From sequence record DRR723986_6594: a DNA stretch of 63,514 bases. One strand, written 5' to 3'. Shown in pieces: positions 29,402 to 40,600 of the stretch. The notes below the pieces were generated by a model, which searched no databases, was not told where the DNA came from, and saw nothing but the letters and a program-made list of their open reading frames with translations. The translations under genes and the position numbers were made by a program. Position 1 is the stretch's first letter. Each line of letters begins with the position of its first letter.

Positions 29402-30961
29402 TTATTCTGATACAATTAGTACCATTCCTGTTTTGAGTTTATTACCACTAATATCGTTCCAATCTCTAATATTTTGAACAGAAACTCCAGAAAATTTTTG
29501 TGCAATACTCCAAAGAGAGTCGCCAGATTTAACTTTATAAGTCTTTTTACCAGTAGTACTGACCTGTTTTTTTATGGCTTTTGGTTTTGATGATGTATTA
29601 GGGTTTCTAGGGTAAATCGTTAATCTTTGACCAATCTTTAAGTTGTTGCTTCGTAAGCCATTCCAGCGTTTAATCTGACTAACTCTTACTCCATACTTTC
29701 TTGCAATTTTACCTAAATAATCACCACTCCTAACACGATACCTAATTTTAGAATCTGAATTAAATAATTGTGGTAGTGGTTTTTCACGTTTATTAAATTC
29801 TGCTTTAGCAAAGGCATATATTTTATCTTCATTGGCAGTAAAAACTCCTACAGCTTCACGAGGTAGTCTTAATACATAGGTCTTCCCTTGTACCTTAGGT
29901 ATAATATCTAATTTATACGATGGATTTAGAAATTGTAACTCTTCAATATTAACACCAGTTGTTTCAGCCACCTGATCTAAACTAATCATTTCTTTAACAT
30001 GAATAGTGTCTGTTTGAATATGCTGAAAAGCTGGTAGCTCTGGTTTAAATCCATGCTCTTTAGCGAATTCAAAAATGTACATAGTAGCTAAAAAAGCGGG
30101 AACATAACCTGCAGTTTCTCTTGGAAGATTTTGTCTTATATTCCAATAGTTTTTATAACCTCCTGAACGCCTAATTGCTTTATTTACATTTCCCGGCCCA
30201 GAATTATAAGCTGCCAATGCTAAATCCCAATCTCCAAATATTTTGTATAAGCGAGATAAATATTGAGCTGCAGCGGTAGTAGATTTAATAGGGTCACTAC
30301 GTTCATCTACATAACTACTTACGTCTAATTTATATTCTTTTCCTGTAGCAAACATAAATTGCCACAATCCAGTAGCTCCAACTCTAGATCTAGCTCTTGG
30401 TTTAAGCGCAGACTCAACAATTGATAAGTATTTCATCTCTAAAGGGATATTGTAATTATCAAATTCTTGCTCAAACATTGGGAAGTAAAAATGGCTTAAA
30501 CCCATTAATCGTTCCATTGAATTACGTCGGTGTTTAAGATATTCTTTTATAACACTTTCTAATGACGGATTATACTCAACGTTAAATGGTGTTCTGGCAT
30601 TTAACCGTTTTAATCTCGCCTTTAAAGTATCTGTAGTCAACTCTGGGTAATCAACAGGTTCAAAAGTTAATTCTGTAACTGACTTGTATATGGTGTCGTA
30701 TAATGCGTTACTATAAAGTTCCTCTAACCACTTTTTATCGAGTTCAGCGGCTTCTGATAAATCTTTAAGGTTTTTTATACCAAGTGAATCTATTTCTGCA
30801 GGAATTGAATTGCTGCTAGAAATAACCTTACCGTCTATGATAGAATCATTGACCTTAATTACCTTATTCTTAGAAACCGTAAGACTATCGGTTTCGGATT
30901 GTGAATAACTAACCAACACAACCAAACTAAAAATAATAGAGGTAAGTGTTTTGATTATCAT
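29402..30961 (-). CDS. mltD: MltD-like lytic transglycosylase with LysM domains
   Basis: SLT motifs IVES, GLWQFM and LAAYNSG; C-terminal LysM repeats YRVRSGDYL and YKVKSGDSLW. Confidence 0.9.
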   Translation of the reverse strand: MIIKTLTSIIFSLVVLVSYSQSETDSLTVSKNKVIKVNDSIIDGKVISSSNSIPAEIDSLGIKNLKDLSEAAELDKKWLEELYSNALYDTIYKSVTELTFEPVDYPELTTDTLKARLKRLNARTPFNVEYNPSLESVIKEYLKHRRNSMERLMGLSHFYFPMFEQEFDNYNIPLEMKYLSIVESALKPRARSRVGATGLWQFMFATGKEYKLDVSSYVDERSDPIKSTTAAAQYLSRLYKIFGDWDLALAAYNSGPGNVNKAIRRSGGYKNYWNIRQNLPRETAGYVPAFLATMYIFEFAKEHGFKPELPAFQHIQTDTIHVKEMISLDQVAETTGVNIEELQFLNPSYKLDIIPKVQGKTYVLRLPREAVGVFTANEDKIYAFAKAEFNKREKPLPQLFNSDSKIRYRVRSGDYLGKIARKYGVRVSQIKRWNGLRSNNLKIGQRLTIYPRNPNTSSKPKAIKKQVSTTGKKTYKVKSGDSLWSIAQKFSGVSVQNIRDWNDISGNKLKTGMVLIVSE

Positions 30962-31022
30962 AAATCTAAGCTTAAGGTGTCTATTAAACGTTAATACGTC
31001 TAAAATAGTGTTTTTAAAAAAA

Positions 31023-32210
31023 TTAGTCTAAAATAGCGGCAATACCTGGTAAGGTCTTTCCTTCTAGACTCTCTAGCATAGCTCCTCCTCCGGTGCTAAC
31101 ATAACTCACTTTATCGTCAAAGCCAAACTGCTTAACAGCAGCAACTGAATCACCTCCGCCAACTAATGAAAAAGCACCGTTTCTTGTTGATTCCGCAATG
31201 GAATCTCCTAATGCAATCGTTCCGTTCGCGAAACTCTCCATTTCAAAAACACCTAATGGACCATTCCATAAAATAGTTTTACATTGATTAACTACGGTAT
31301 CAAAGTTCTCTAAAGATTTTGGACCAGCATCTAATCCTTGCCAACCTTCCGGTATATGTTTAACATCAACCGTTTGAATATTGGCATCATTACTAAAAGC
31401 ATCAGCAGCAATAACATCTACAGGTAAATGAATTTTAACACCTTTTTCTTCTGCTTGTTTTAAAATGTCTAGTGCTAAATCCATCTTTTCATCCTCACAA
31501 ATTGAGTCTCCAATTGAACCGCCTTGCGCCTTAATGAAGGTAAACGTCATACCGCCACCAATAATTAAGTGATCAACTTTATCTAAAATATTCTCTATTA
31601 CTGTAATTTTCGAAGATACTTTTGCTCCACCAAGGACTGCTAAAACAGGTTTTTCACCATCTTCTAATACTTTTTTTATGCTTTCAATTTCTTTTTCTAA
31701 TAAGTGACCAAAACATTTTGCTTCAGGAAAAAATTGAGCAACAATTGTAGTAGATGCGTGTGCTCTGTGCGCTGTTCCGAATGCGTCATTTACATAGACA
31801 TCTCCTAGCTTAGAGAGTTGTTCTGCGAAATCCCTATCGCCCTGTTTCTCTTCGTCATGAAATCTTAAGTTTTCGAGTAATAAAATCTCACCTGGTTGTA
31901 AATTGTCTGCTTTCTCCTGTGCTTCTTTACCAACACAATTACTGGCAAACTTAACTTCAACACCTAAAATATCTTCAATTTTTGAAACAATATGCTTTAG
32001 AGAAAATTCTTCCTGAACCCCTTTTGGTCTTCCTAAATGAGACATAAGCACGCAACTACCACCATCCTCTAATACCTTTATAACTGTTGGTTTAGCAGAC
32101 ATAATCCTTGTGGCGTCAGTAACCTCGAAATTATCATTTAATGGTACGTTAAAATCTACTCGAATTAATGCTCTTTTATTATTGAAATTGAAATCGTTAA
32201 GTGTCTTCAT
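31023..32210 (-). CDS. pgk: Phosphoglycerate kinase
   Basis: [31 protein letters not shown] and STGGGA motifs. Confidence 0.98.
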   Translation of the reverse strand: MKTLNDFNFNNKRALIRVDFNVPLNDNFEVTDATRIMSAKPTVIKVLEDGGSCVLMSHLGRPKGVQEEFSLKHIVSKIEDILGVEVKFASNCVGKEAQEKADNLQPGEILLLENLRFHDEEKQGDRDFAEQLSKLGDVYVNDAFGTAHRAHASTTIVAQFFPEAKCFGHLLEKEIESIKKVLEDGEKPVLAVLGGAKVSSKITVIENILDKVDHLIIGGGMTFTFIKAQGGSIGDSICEDEKMDLALDILKQAEEKGVKIHLPVDVIAADAFSNDANIQTVDVKHIPEGWQGLDAGPKSLENFDTVVNQCKTILWNGPLGVFEMESFANGTIALGDSIAESTRNGAFSLVGGGDSVAAVKQFGFDDKVSYVSTGGGAMLESLEGKTLPGIAAILD

Positions 32211-32228
32211 TTTATTTTATTTGAAGAG

Positions 32229-32236
32229 CAAATATA
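32229..32236 (-). promoter_or_regulatory. -7 promoter element (TATATTTG) for pgk
   Basis: TAnnTTTG match 18 nt upstream of the ATG. Confidence 0.65.
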
Positions 32237-32413
32237 AGTGCATAATGCTCATTTGACAAATAGAGTTATAGTGTTTTATAATAACAATTATGATTGTGCA
32301 TTTTACGCTTCTGTTTCAGTTCTGAGTTATTTATGTAATAGCACTAGAATTGCTTTTAAAAAATTTGAATGCACAACCGCATATGTAGATGAAATTTTAC
32401 ATAGTTTTGCGTT

Positions 32414-33571
32414 ATGTTGTTTTCAGAAGTATTAGGGCAAAAGCACATTAAAAACCACCTTACCACAAGCGTTGATGCTGGCAGAATTGCACACGCGCAA
32501 TTATTTGTAGGTCCCGAAGGTTCTGGCACACTTCCTATGGCGCTAGCATATGCCCAATATATTCTATGTAGCAACATGAATGGCGAAAACTTAGGAGGTA
32601 ATGATTCCTGTAATCTTAAGTTTAAAAATTTCTCACATCCAGATTTACACTTTGCATTTCCGGTAACTACAAGTGACAAGGTAAAAAGTAAGCCTATTTC
32701 TAATTTTTATCTTGAAGAATGGCGCCAGTTGTTAGACCAACAACCTTATGGAAATCTTTTTGATTGGTACAAGCTTCTCGGTGTGGACAATAAACAAGGG
32801 CAAATAGGTGTAGACGAAGCTTTAGAAATTGTAAAGTCACTATCACTAAAATCATATGAAGGTGGTTACAAGGTGATGATTATTTGGATGGCTGAAAAAA
32901 TGAATACACCTTGTGCGAATAAGCTATTAAAGCTTATTGAGGAACCGCCTGAAAAAACTATTTTTATACTTATTGCAGAAGATGAAGAGCAAATCATCAA
33001 TACCATAAGATCGCGTTGTCAAATATTAAATTTCCCTCCGTTGGCAGAAGAGGCGATCTCAGAAGCATTAGTGAAACATTACCATATTGAAAAAAGCGTA
33101 GCAACTAAAATTGCTCATCAAGCAAATGGTAATTACAATAAGGCTTGTGATTTAATTTATCAGGATAGCGAAGATATTCAGTTTGAAAAATGGTTTGTTT
33201 TTTGGATAAGATCTGCATTTAAAGCCAAAGGTAATAAAAGTGCTATTCACGATCTTATTTCCTGGTCTGAAGAAATTGCAAAAACCGGACGTGAAACACA
33301 AAAAAAATTTCTTAGTTTTTGTTTAAACTATTTTAGACAAGCGTTGTTATTAAATTATAAAGCAACGGAATTAGTTTATATAGAATCTCAGTCTGAGAAT
33401 TTTCATTTAGAAAAATTCGCTCCCTTTGTACATGACTCTAATATTCTAGAAATCTCAGACGAATTACAAGATGCTATATATCACATAGAACGAAATGGAA
33501 ACTCTAAGATAATTCTTACAGATTTATCAATTAAATTAACACGATTATTACATAAAAAAAGCCAAGACTAA
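32414..33571 (+). CDS. holB: DNA polymerase III subunit delta'
   Basis: HAQLFVGPEGSG, HPDLHF, ANKLLKLIEEPP and TIRSRCQ motifs. Confidence 0.92.
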   Translation: MLFSEVLGQKHIKNHLTTSVDAGRIAHAQLFVGPEGSGTLPMALAYAQYILCSNMNGENLGGNDSCNLKFKNFSHPDLHFAFPVTTSDKVKSKPISNFYLEEWRQLLDQQPYGNLFDWYKLLGVDNKQGQIGVDEALEIVKSLSLKSYEGGYKVMIIWMAEKMNTPCANKLLKLIEEPPEKTIFILIAEDEEQIINTIRSRCQILNFPPLAEEAISEALVKHYHIEKSVATKIAHQANGNYNKACDLIYQDSEDIQFEKWFVFWIRSAFKAKGNKSAIHDLISWSEEIAKTGRETQKKFLSFCLNYFRQALLLNYKATELVYIESQSENFHLEKFAPFVHDSNILEISDELQDAIYHIERNGNSKIILTDLSIKLTRLLHKKSQD

Positions 33572-33580
33572 TCTTGGCTT
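33554..33580 (-). terminator. Intrinsic terminator (for ompH; overlaps holB 3' end)
   Basis: AAGCCAAGA-ctaa-TCTTGGCTT hairpin with an A7 tract that forms the U-tract on the minus strand. Confidence 0.65.
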
Positions 33581-33602
33581 AATAAATTTTATACAGTATT
33601 AA

Positions 33603-34133
33603 TTAGTCGTCCTTTGTATTTTTATAAGAGTCATTAAGACCTTTTAGGATTTCTTTTGATATATCATTTTCCTCTGGTCCGTACATTACAGAATTAGTAG
33701 CGTCACTAGTACCTAATATGAAAGAATAACCATTTGTTTCCCCATATTTTGTTACAAATTTTTTCACCTCTGAAATAAGTGTATCCATTTCTGTAGTAAA
33801 GGCCTTTTCTATTTCTTCTTTTTCAAACTGAATTTGCTGACCCAATAAAGCTTCACGTTGTTGAAATTCCTGACCTAATTTTTCTAGTTCCTTTTGAGAC
33901 ATTCTTTGTGCTCTTATACTCGCATCCTTTCTATCAAACTCGTAGCGCTGAATTAAACTATCTCTTCGCTTAATATAAACTTCATTTTTGCCCTTATACT
34001 TTTCCTCAAGATCTATTTTAGCCTGATACTTATTTATAACCTCAGAACGATCAACAAATCCAATTTTTTGTTGATTTTGTTGACAAGACGAAAAAGAAAT
34101 TAAAATTATGAATGCAACTATTACTCTTTTCAT
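33603..34133 (-). CDS. OmpH/Skp family chaperone (lipoprotein-type signal)
   Basis: KIGFVD N-terminus, coiled coil, GYSFIL..VMY..DIS..IL C-terminus; TACATTTG promoter at 34156-34163. Confidence 0.85.
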   Translation of the reverse strand: MKRVIVAFIILISFSSCQQNQQKIGFVDRSEVINKYQAKIDLEEKYKGKNEVYIKRRDSLIQRYEFDRKDASIRAQRMSQKELEKLGQEFQQREALLGQQIQFEKEEIEKAFTTEMDTLISEVKKFVTKYGETNGYSFILGTSDATNSVMYGPEENDISKEILKGLNDSYKNTKDD

Positions 34134-34327
34134 TTTCTATTAAATTAAATTTTTGCAAATGTATAAAAGTTAACTTGTGTTTTGTTCAATTTTTTAACTA
34201 TAAATAAAATCAATAGTGTTCGGTCGATTCTATTTTTAAAATTTATTAAAAACAAATCAAAATAAAGCGTTTTAAGAGCGTTTAAATTTTTAGGCCTACA
34301 ATTTTATCTCTTCTATAATTACACCTT

Positions 34328-35212
34328 CTATAATTGAGAATCTTGGTGTTTTAAGATATAAATGTGAGAAGAATACTCTTTAGAGTGTTTTGCTTTTTGA
34401 TTTGACCTCATTCCAATCCAAAATGCCTTAAAAGGATTCATGTAACCTGTTTTATATTTTTCAGATAAAAGACTTACATAATATGCGTCAAATAGCATCG
34501 GAAGCGTTTTTTTAAGGACTAATCCTTCTTTATTAAAAAGTTTAGAAATGGAACTATTAGAAAAATGCCATAGATGTCTCGGTACATCAAAAGCGGCCCA
34601 AAATTCTTTATAATAATTTGCGTCAAAACTTCTGTAATTCGGAACAGCAATTACAATAGAGCCATTAGCCTTTAGTAATTTCTTAAACAAACTAATATGC
34701 ATTTCTAGGTTGGGTAAATGTTCAAGCACATGCCAAAGAGTTATAACATCAAAACTATTCTCTTTAAGATTATTTAAATGCTCTATTTTAAAAACAGAAT
34801 TGCTAGTCTTGGAATTTGCGATTTGCCTAGCCTGTTCATTTGGCTCAATTCCGGTAACATGCCAGTTATTTTTTTGGGCGATTTCTAAAAAATCACCAGT
34901 ACCACATCCAATATCTAAAAGGTAGTTTTCGTCAGAATTGAATGAATTAATTAATTGAAGTTTTCGTTTTAGAGAAATATTCCGAACTACATGGTAAACT
35001 TTTTCTAAAAGATTTCGCTTTGAATCTGTATGAGAAATGTAGTCTTCGCTTTTATAATATTCAGAAAGGTTTTCTGCTTTAGGCTGAGGGAAGGTTTCCA
35101 ACATATCCAATTCTTCATTATAAAGTAACCGAAACTCTTCACCTGAAACCGAATGATCTTTTACAGTGATATATATTGGTTTATTGTCTTTCATTATTAA
35201 ATCAATACGCAC
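34328..35212 (-). CDS. Class I SAM-dependent methyltransferase (start may be the ATG at 35194)
   Basis: LLDIGCGTG, FDVITLWHVLEH, IAVPN and PRHLWHF motifs. Confidence 0.88.
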   Translation of the reverse strand: MRIDLIMKDNKPIYITVKDHSVSGEEFRLLYNEELDMLETFPQPKAENLSEYYKSEDYISHTDSKRNLLEKVYHVVRNISLKRKLQLINSFNSDENYLLDIGCGTGDFLEIAQKNNWHVTGIEPNEQARQIANSKTSNSVFKIEHLNNLKENSFDVITLWHVLEHLPNLEMHISLFKKLLKANGSIVIAVPNYRSFDANYYKEFWAAFDVPRHLWHFSNSSISKLFNKEGLVLKKTLPMLFDAYYVSLLSEKYKTGYMNPFKAFWIGMRSNQKAKHSKEYSSHIYILKHQDSQL

Positions 35213-35256
35213 GCCTCAATACCCATTATTGGAAAAAGCTTACCAAGGCTTTATAA

Positions 35257-35272
35257 TGTTCCACGTGAAACA
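35257..35272. promoter_or_regulatory. parS site (TGTTCCACGTGAAACA)
   Basis: Matches the canonical parS consensus TGTTNCACGTGAAACA; immediately downstream of mnmG. Confidence 0.9.
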
Positions 35273-35280
35273 AATAGTTT

Positions 35281-37152
35281 TTATCTTCCTAAATACACTA
35301 ATAAAACAGAAATGTCATTAGGAGAAACTCCACTAATTCTTGATGCTTGTGATATAGTAACCGGTTGAATTTTTGACAACTTTTGTCTTGCCTCCATACT
35401 CATAGATTTCAATTTTGAATAATCAAAATTCGCCGGAATTTTTACATTCTCAAGTCTATTTAATTTATCAGCATTATTTTTTTCCTTTTCAATGTAACCG
35501 GCATACTTCACTTGTATTTCGGTTTGCTCAATTACTTCTGTATCCAAGTTCTCTTTTAAAACGTAATTATCTACAGCCTCAACCTTACGCATATCTTCTA
35601 TTGTAATATTTGGCCTTGCATATAGTTTAAACATTTTACCTTGTTGTTTAACTTTAGCAGAGTTTTTTGAGTCTAAAACTGGATTTATTTCCTCGGGTTT
35701 TACACTAGTAACTTTAAAAAACTGAACGAAAGCATCAGATTTAGATTGCTTTTCCTCCATGCGTCTTAATCTTTTTTCTGAAGCTAATCCTAACTCGTAA
35801 CCTTTAGGTGTTAATCTAAAATCAGCATTATCCTGTCTTAATAGTGTTCTATATTCTGCTCTAGAGGTAAACATTCTGTAAGGCTCTTCCGTTCCCTTTG
35901 TTATTAAATCATCGATCAATACACCAATATATGCTTCATCTCGACGCAGTGTAAACGACTCCTTTTCCTGAACTTTTAAACTAGCATTTATACCAGCCAT
36001 TAAACCTTGTGAAGCAGCTTCTTCATAACCTGTAGTACCATTAATTTGACCAGCAAAAAATAATCCATCTACCAATTTAGTTTCGAGCGTGTGCTTTAAT
36101 TGTGTTGGAGGAAAATAGTCATATTCAATAGCATATCCGGGTCTAAAGAATTTTACATTTTCAAAACCCGCCACAGAGCGCAATGCTTTAAACTGTACGT
36201 CTTCAGGTAAAGACGTAGAAAAACCATTTACATATACTTCTACAGTATTCCAACCTTCTGGCTCAACAAATAGTTGATGTCTATCCTTATCAGCAAAACG
36301 ATTTATTTTATCTTCTATAGAAGGACAATATCTAGGTCCAACACTTTTGATTCTACCATTAAACATTGGCGACCTATCAAAACCTTCTCTTAATAAGTTG
36401 TGCACTTCAGGGCTTGTATAGGTCATGTGACAAGAACGTTGTTCTTTTAAGGGTTGTGTCACATCTAAATAAGAAAATTTTTCAGGATTAATATCACCAG
36501 GTTGTTCTATCATCACGGAATAATCTAAAGATCTTCCATCTACCCTTGGCGGTGTTCCTGTCTTCATCCGACCTGAATCAAAACCAATATCAATTAACTC
36601 TTCCGTAATACCAGTAGCAGCTCTTTCACCAGCCCTTCCACCTCCAAAATTTTTATCCCCTATATGAATCAAACCATTCAAAAAAGTACCGTTGGTTAAA
36701 ACAACTGTTTTTGCTCTTACTTCAATTCCTAAAGAGGTTTTTACACCTACGATTTTTTCATTTTCTATTATAAGTCCAGAGACCATTTCTTGATAGAAGT
36801 CAAGGTTAGGTGTTTGTTCTAACAACAATCTCCAATCTTCAGCGAAACGCATTCGATCTGACTGGCATCTAGGACTCCACATGGCAGGTCCTTTAGACTT
36901 GTTTAGCATTTTAAACTGAATAGCAGACGTGTCTGAAACTATTCCACTGTAACCACCTAGAGCATCTATCTCTCTAACAATTTGTCCCTTTGCAATTCCG
37001 CCCATCGCAGGATTACAAGACATTTGCGCAATGTTCTGCAAGTTCATGGTAATTAACAATGTTTTACTTCCCATATTTGCGGCAGCAGCCGCAGCCTCGC
37101 TTCCTGCATGGCCCGCACCAACAACAATCACATCGTAAACATCATTAAACAT
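35281..37152 (-). CDS. mnmG: tRNA uridine-5-carboxymethylaminomethyl modification enzyme MnmG (GidA)
   Basis: VVGAGHAGSEAA, MSCNPAMGG, KTGTPPR, GPRYCPSIEDK and AGQINGTTGYEEAA motifs. Confidence 0.98.
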   Translation of the reverse strand: MFNDVYDVIVVGAGHAGSEAAAAAANMGSKTLLITMNLQNIAQMSCNPAMGGIAKGQIVREIDALGGYSGIVSDTSAIQFKMLNKSKGPAMWSPRCQSDRMRFAEDWRLLLEQTPNLDFYQEMVSGLIIENEKIVGVKTSLGIEVRAKTVVLTNGTFLNGLIHIGDKNFGGGRAGERAATGITEELIDIGFDSGRMKTGTPPRVDGRSLDYSVMIEQPGDINPEKFSYLDVTQPLKEQRSCHMTYTSPEVHNLLREGFDRSPMFNGRIKSVGPRYCPSIEDKINRFADKDRHQLFVEPEGWNTVEVYVNGFSTSLPEDVQFKALRSVAGFENVKFFRPGYAIEYDYFPPTQLKHTLETKLVDGLFFAGQINGTTGYEEAASQGLMAGINASLKVQEKESFTLRRDEAYIGVLIDDLITKGTEEPYRMFTSRAEYRTLLRQDNADFRLTPKGYELGLASEKRLRRMEEKQSKSDAFVQFFKVTSVKPEEINPVLDSKNSAKVKQQGKMFKLYARPNITIEDMRKVEAVDNYVLKENLDTEVIEQTEIQVKYAGYIEKEKNNADKLNRLENVKIPANFDYSKLKSMSMEARQKLSKIQPVTISQASRISGVSPNDISVLLVYLGR

Positions 37153-37167
37153 AACTTATCCCTTTAT

Positions 37168-37183
37168 TGTTCCACGTGGAACA
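37168..37183. promoter_or_regulatory. parS site (perfect palindrome TGTTCCACGTGGAACA)
   Basis: 16-bp perfect palindrome matching parS, 15 nt upstream of the mnmG ATG. Confidence 0.9.
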
Positions 37184-37210
37184 TTTAAAATTTAGAAAAA
37201 TAAAATTTTG

Positions 37211-37218
37211 CAAATATA
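37211..37218 (-). promoter_or_regulatory. -7 promoter element (TATATTTG) for mnmG
   Basis: TAnnTTTG match in the ybeY-mnmG gap. Confidence 0.6.
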
Positions 37219-37235
37219 CGTTGAAATAGTATTAT

Positions 37236-37646
37236 TTATGATAGCATAGTTAAATAGTAATCTTCTTTAGATCGCATAACCCTAATGTCTTCGTCTGTCT
37301 TGTCTTTGTAGCCACAGTAATGCAACACACCATGAGCCATAACTCTTGCTAATTCATCCTCAAATGACACTTTATACTCAACTGCATTTTCCTTAACTCT
37401 ATCTACAGAAATATAAATATCTCCATGTAGCTCTTTTCCTACTGAATAGTCGAAACTTATAATATCAGTTAAAGTGTCGTGATTAAGAAAGTCTACATTA
37501 ATCTTATGAAGATAATTGTCTGAACAGAACACGTAATTAATCTCTCCTTCCCTGCAATTTTCTTGACTAATTATGTTTGCTATCCAATCAGCTTTTCTGA
37601 GAGAATCTGAAAGTTTAAAATCAGTTTCGTAATTAAAATTAATCAT
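37236..37646 (-). CDS. ybeY: rRNA maturation endoribonuclease YbeY
   Basis: TDIISF, GDIYIS and HGVLHYCGYKD motifs. Confidence 0.93.
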   Translation of the reverse strand: MINFNYETDFKLSDSLRKADWIANIISQENCREGEINYVFCSDNYLHKINVDFLNHDTLTDIISFDYSVGKELHGDIYISVDRVKENAVEYKVSFEDELARVMAHGVLHYCGYKDKTDEDIRVMRSKEDYYLTMLS

Positions 37647-40600
37647 TAGTGGTTCTAAAATACTCTTGAATCTTTTTCTTGTAATGACTTTGCAAAGGTA
37701 GCGCTTGTCTATTTAATATTTCCGTAGTATTAAAATATTGTTTAGCAGTTGGTATTTGGTTTTGGTTTGTTTGATTAAACTCCTTTCTATTTGTCTCTGA
37801 TTTACGCTTAGAATCCTGCCCTTGCATAAATGTCGCGTTTTCAAGCTTTAATAGTTGATGTTGTAAATCCATCATTTTTTGAAGAGTTTGATTTGTAAAA
37901 CCAGAGTTTAATAAGTCTAGCTCTATTTCTTCCATCTGTTTAATCAACTCGCCTACAGATTGTATTTTTCCTTCCTTTGCAAGTTTGTCCTCTAGAGCTT
38001 GACGCAGCTGTTGCTGTTGCTGATATATTTTGAATAGTTCTCCATTTTGTTCTTCACTTCCTCCCTCGCCATAACCGTCGTTCTTATTGCCTTCACCTTG
38101 ATTACCTTCACCACCATTTTCGCCGTCTTTACCAGACTTACCTTTATCTCCTTTACTATTGTCTTGCTCTCCTTCCCCTTTTTGCTGGCCATTTTCACCA
38201 TTCTGCCCGCTTTGACTCTGTTCTCCTTCTTCACCAGACTTTTTACCCTCTCCTTCCTTTCCTTCTTCGCCCTTTTCACCAGGTTCTTCGCCTTCGCCTT
38301 TTTTGCCCTCTTCATTTTTTTTAACACCTTCTTCCATTTGCTTATTTAGCTCTTCTTGACTCATAATAATATCTGGAAGCTGCATGTCACCTTCACCAGA
38401 TCCTGGTGACGGATTCATAGACATTTCCATATTATCTAAAACGTCACTTAAAAAACTTGCCAACTCGTTACTAGCCGTAATAGCATATTGTTGGGATGCT
38501 ACTCCTTGATAGAGTCGGTTTTCGGTAAGTTGACTCAACGCCTTATCAATATTAAAATAAACATCGGTAATTTGAGTATTCACTTGCTCAGAGAGCTTGG
38601 GCTGTCTTAGGGATAGCGCAAATAAACTGTCATCTATATGTTCAAAGTGTTCTCTTAAGTTGCTTTGCTCTATTGTGTATTTCCCGTATTTGTTGTTATC
38701 AATATCAATAATTTCAAATGTGTTCATAAGCTCCTCTTGATCAAAGGAATAAAGCAACAAGTTCTCTAATATTTGACGAAGTGTGTCAATATCTTCAGAC
38801 ATTTGTTCACCGCCTCCGCCACCTCCTCCGGCCATCATTTGCTTCATCTTCTCTCCCATCTTCTTCATTTTTTGCGAAGCTTTCTTTTGGCTTTTTTTAG
38901 CTTTCTCCTGTTGTTGCTGTGCGTCTTCTGGTTTTTGTTCGCTTTCACTTTGCTCCTTTTTTTCTAGAGCTTCTTTTGCTTCTTTCTGATCGAACTTAAT
39001 TTCTTCTTTTAAAAAATCATCTACAGGAACCTTCATTGGTTTTTGTAATCGGCGATCTTCCTGTTTGAGATCTTCCATATCTTTTTGGAGCTTATCAAAC
39101 TCATTGTTTATTTTTTCTTGTTCCTCCTTCGTGTTTTCTTTATCCTTATTAGATAGGTCTTCTTGCTTCTTTGCTAAATCTTCTAGTTGATTAGCTATCT
39201 TCTCAGCCTTTTTCATTACATAGAAACGCTTTGTCAATTCCAAAAGCTGTTTCATGCTTCGTTTTTTATTTTTATTCTGTTTTGCGAGTTCTTCTAGCTT
39301 TTGGGTAAACTCTTCTTTATTAATTTTATCCTTAAGCTCCTCTAGTTCTTCTAAAAGCTTTTCATCCTTTTTTAATTGCTCTTCGTTCTCTTTTAGGCGC
39401 TCTTTTAAGTCTTCTTTGAATTGATCTTCCTCTTTTTTCTCGTTTTGAAACTCTTCTAAATTATCCTGAAGCTTTTTATTAAAGTTTTTCATCAACTGTT
39501 CTTGCTGTTTCTGGCGCTTTAAAAAGTCTTCAAACTTCTTTTTATCATTAAAGTTTAAACTCTCTTTTTCCTTTTGGGTTTTTGATAACTCTTCAAGTTT
39601 TTTGTCTTGTTCTTTTAATTTTTCGAAGGTTTTACTAATATCTTGAATGGTTTCATTCTGCTCTTGCAGTTGTTTCTGCTCTTCTTCCTCTTTTGTAAGT
39701 TTTCGATAGTTAAATACACTACTTTTTGTGTGCTTGTAATTATGTAATACGTCATTATCAAAAACTTCAAAATATAATTGATAGCTTACGCCCTCTTCTA
39801 ACTTAAACTGATTTGGGAAGGCACTTACAAACTCACTAAAATTAGATTTAGAAATAGTAATTGGTTCAATAACCTTTTTAGACTCGTCTTCTGAAGGATA
39901 ATATACCAGTTGAAGCCTGCTTAATCCATAATCATCACTTGCCTGACCATAGAAATATAAACTTTGCTGATCTAAAGAGTCTACTTGCACCTGAATACTT
40001 AACTCAGGGTAAACATCTTTTACAACACTTATATTATACGACAGGTTTTCATAATCTATTAAACTCTCGTTGCTTGTTGTGATACTGTAATTTAAACTCT
40101 TAAAAAGGCGTTTTGAAGCTTCAAAATTATCCTCATCAACCGCTTTAAAAGCAATAGTGTCCTCTGCATAAAGCTTCACGCTGTTTGTGGCTTTTGTTCT
40201 TGCCCTCCAAGTCACCTTGGTTCCTTCTGGGATAACGGCTGATCCAGTACTTTTAAACACTTCGTCTTGTTTCTTAGTATGTGTCGGATAGTCTAAAACC
40301 ATTTCAAAATTCACCAAATTAGGAGTGTTTAAAACTCCAAGAGTATGCGGTTTAGACACCACATCATTTGCCGTTAAAGTAAATTCAATGGGCTCCTTAG
40401 GTAGACTAAAGACAAATTGAAACTCACCAGGCGTTAGTTGTTGTAAAAAATATGATTGGCCATTAAATTTAATTTGTGCATTTTCTGGTAAAACATCTCC
40501 AACCGTTTTTACGTTGAGTTTAAAGTCCTTATTTTCAATAGCATTAAGTGATTCATTAATCACAAAAAACTGGAATGGCGCTGGTGGCTCGTATGCTGTT

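Noticed and set aside
32238-32679. ORFs in and over the pgk-holB intergenic region
   Set aside because: They overlap promoter elements and holB and show no protein-like features.
37992-38989. Four overlapping ORFs within the DUF4175-like gene
   Set aside because: Low-complexity coding sequence lacks stops in other frames, so these are artefacts.
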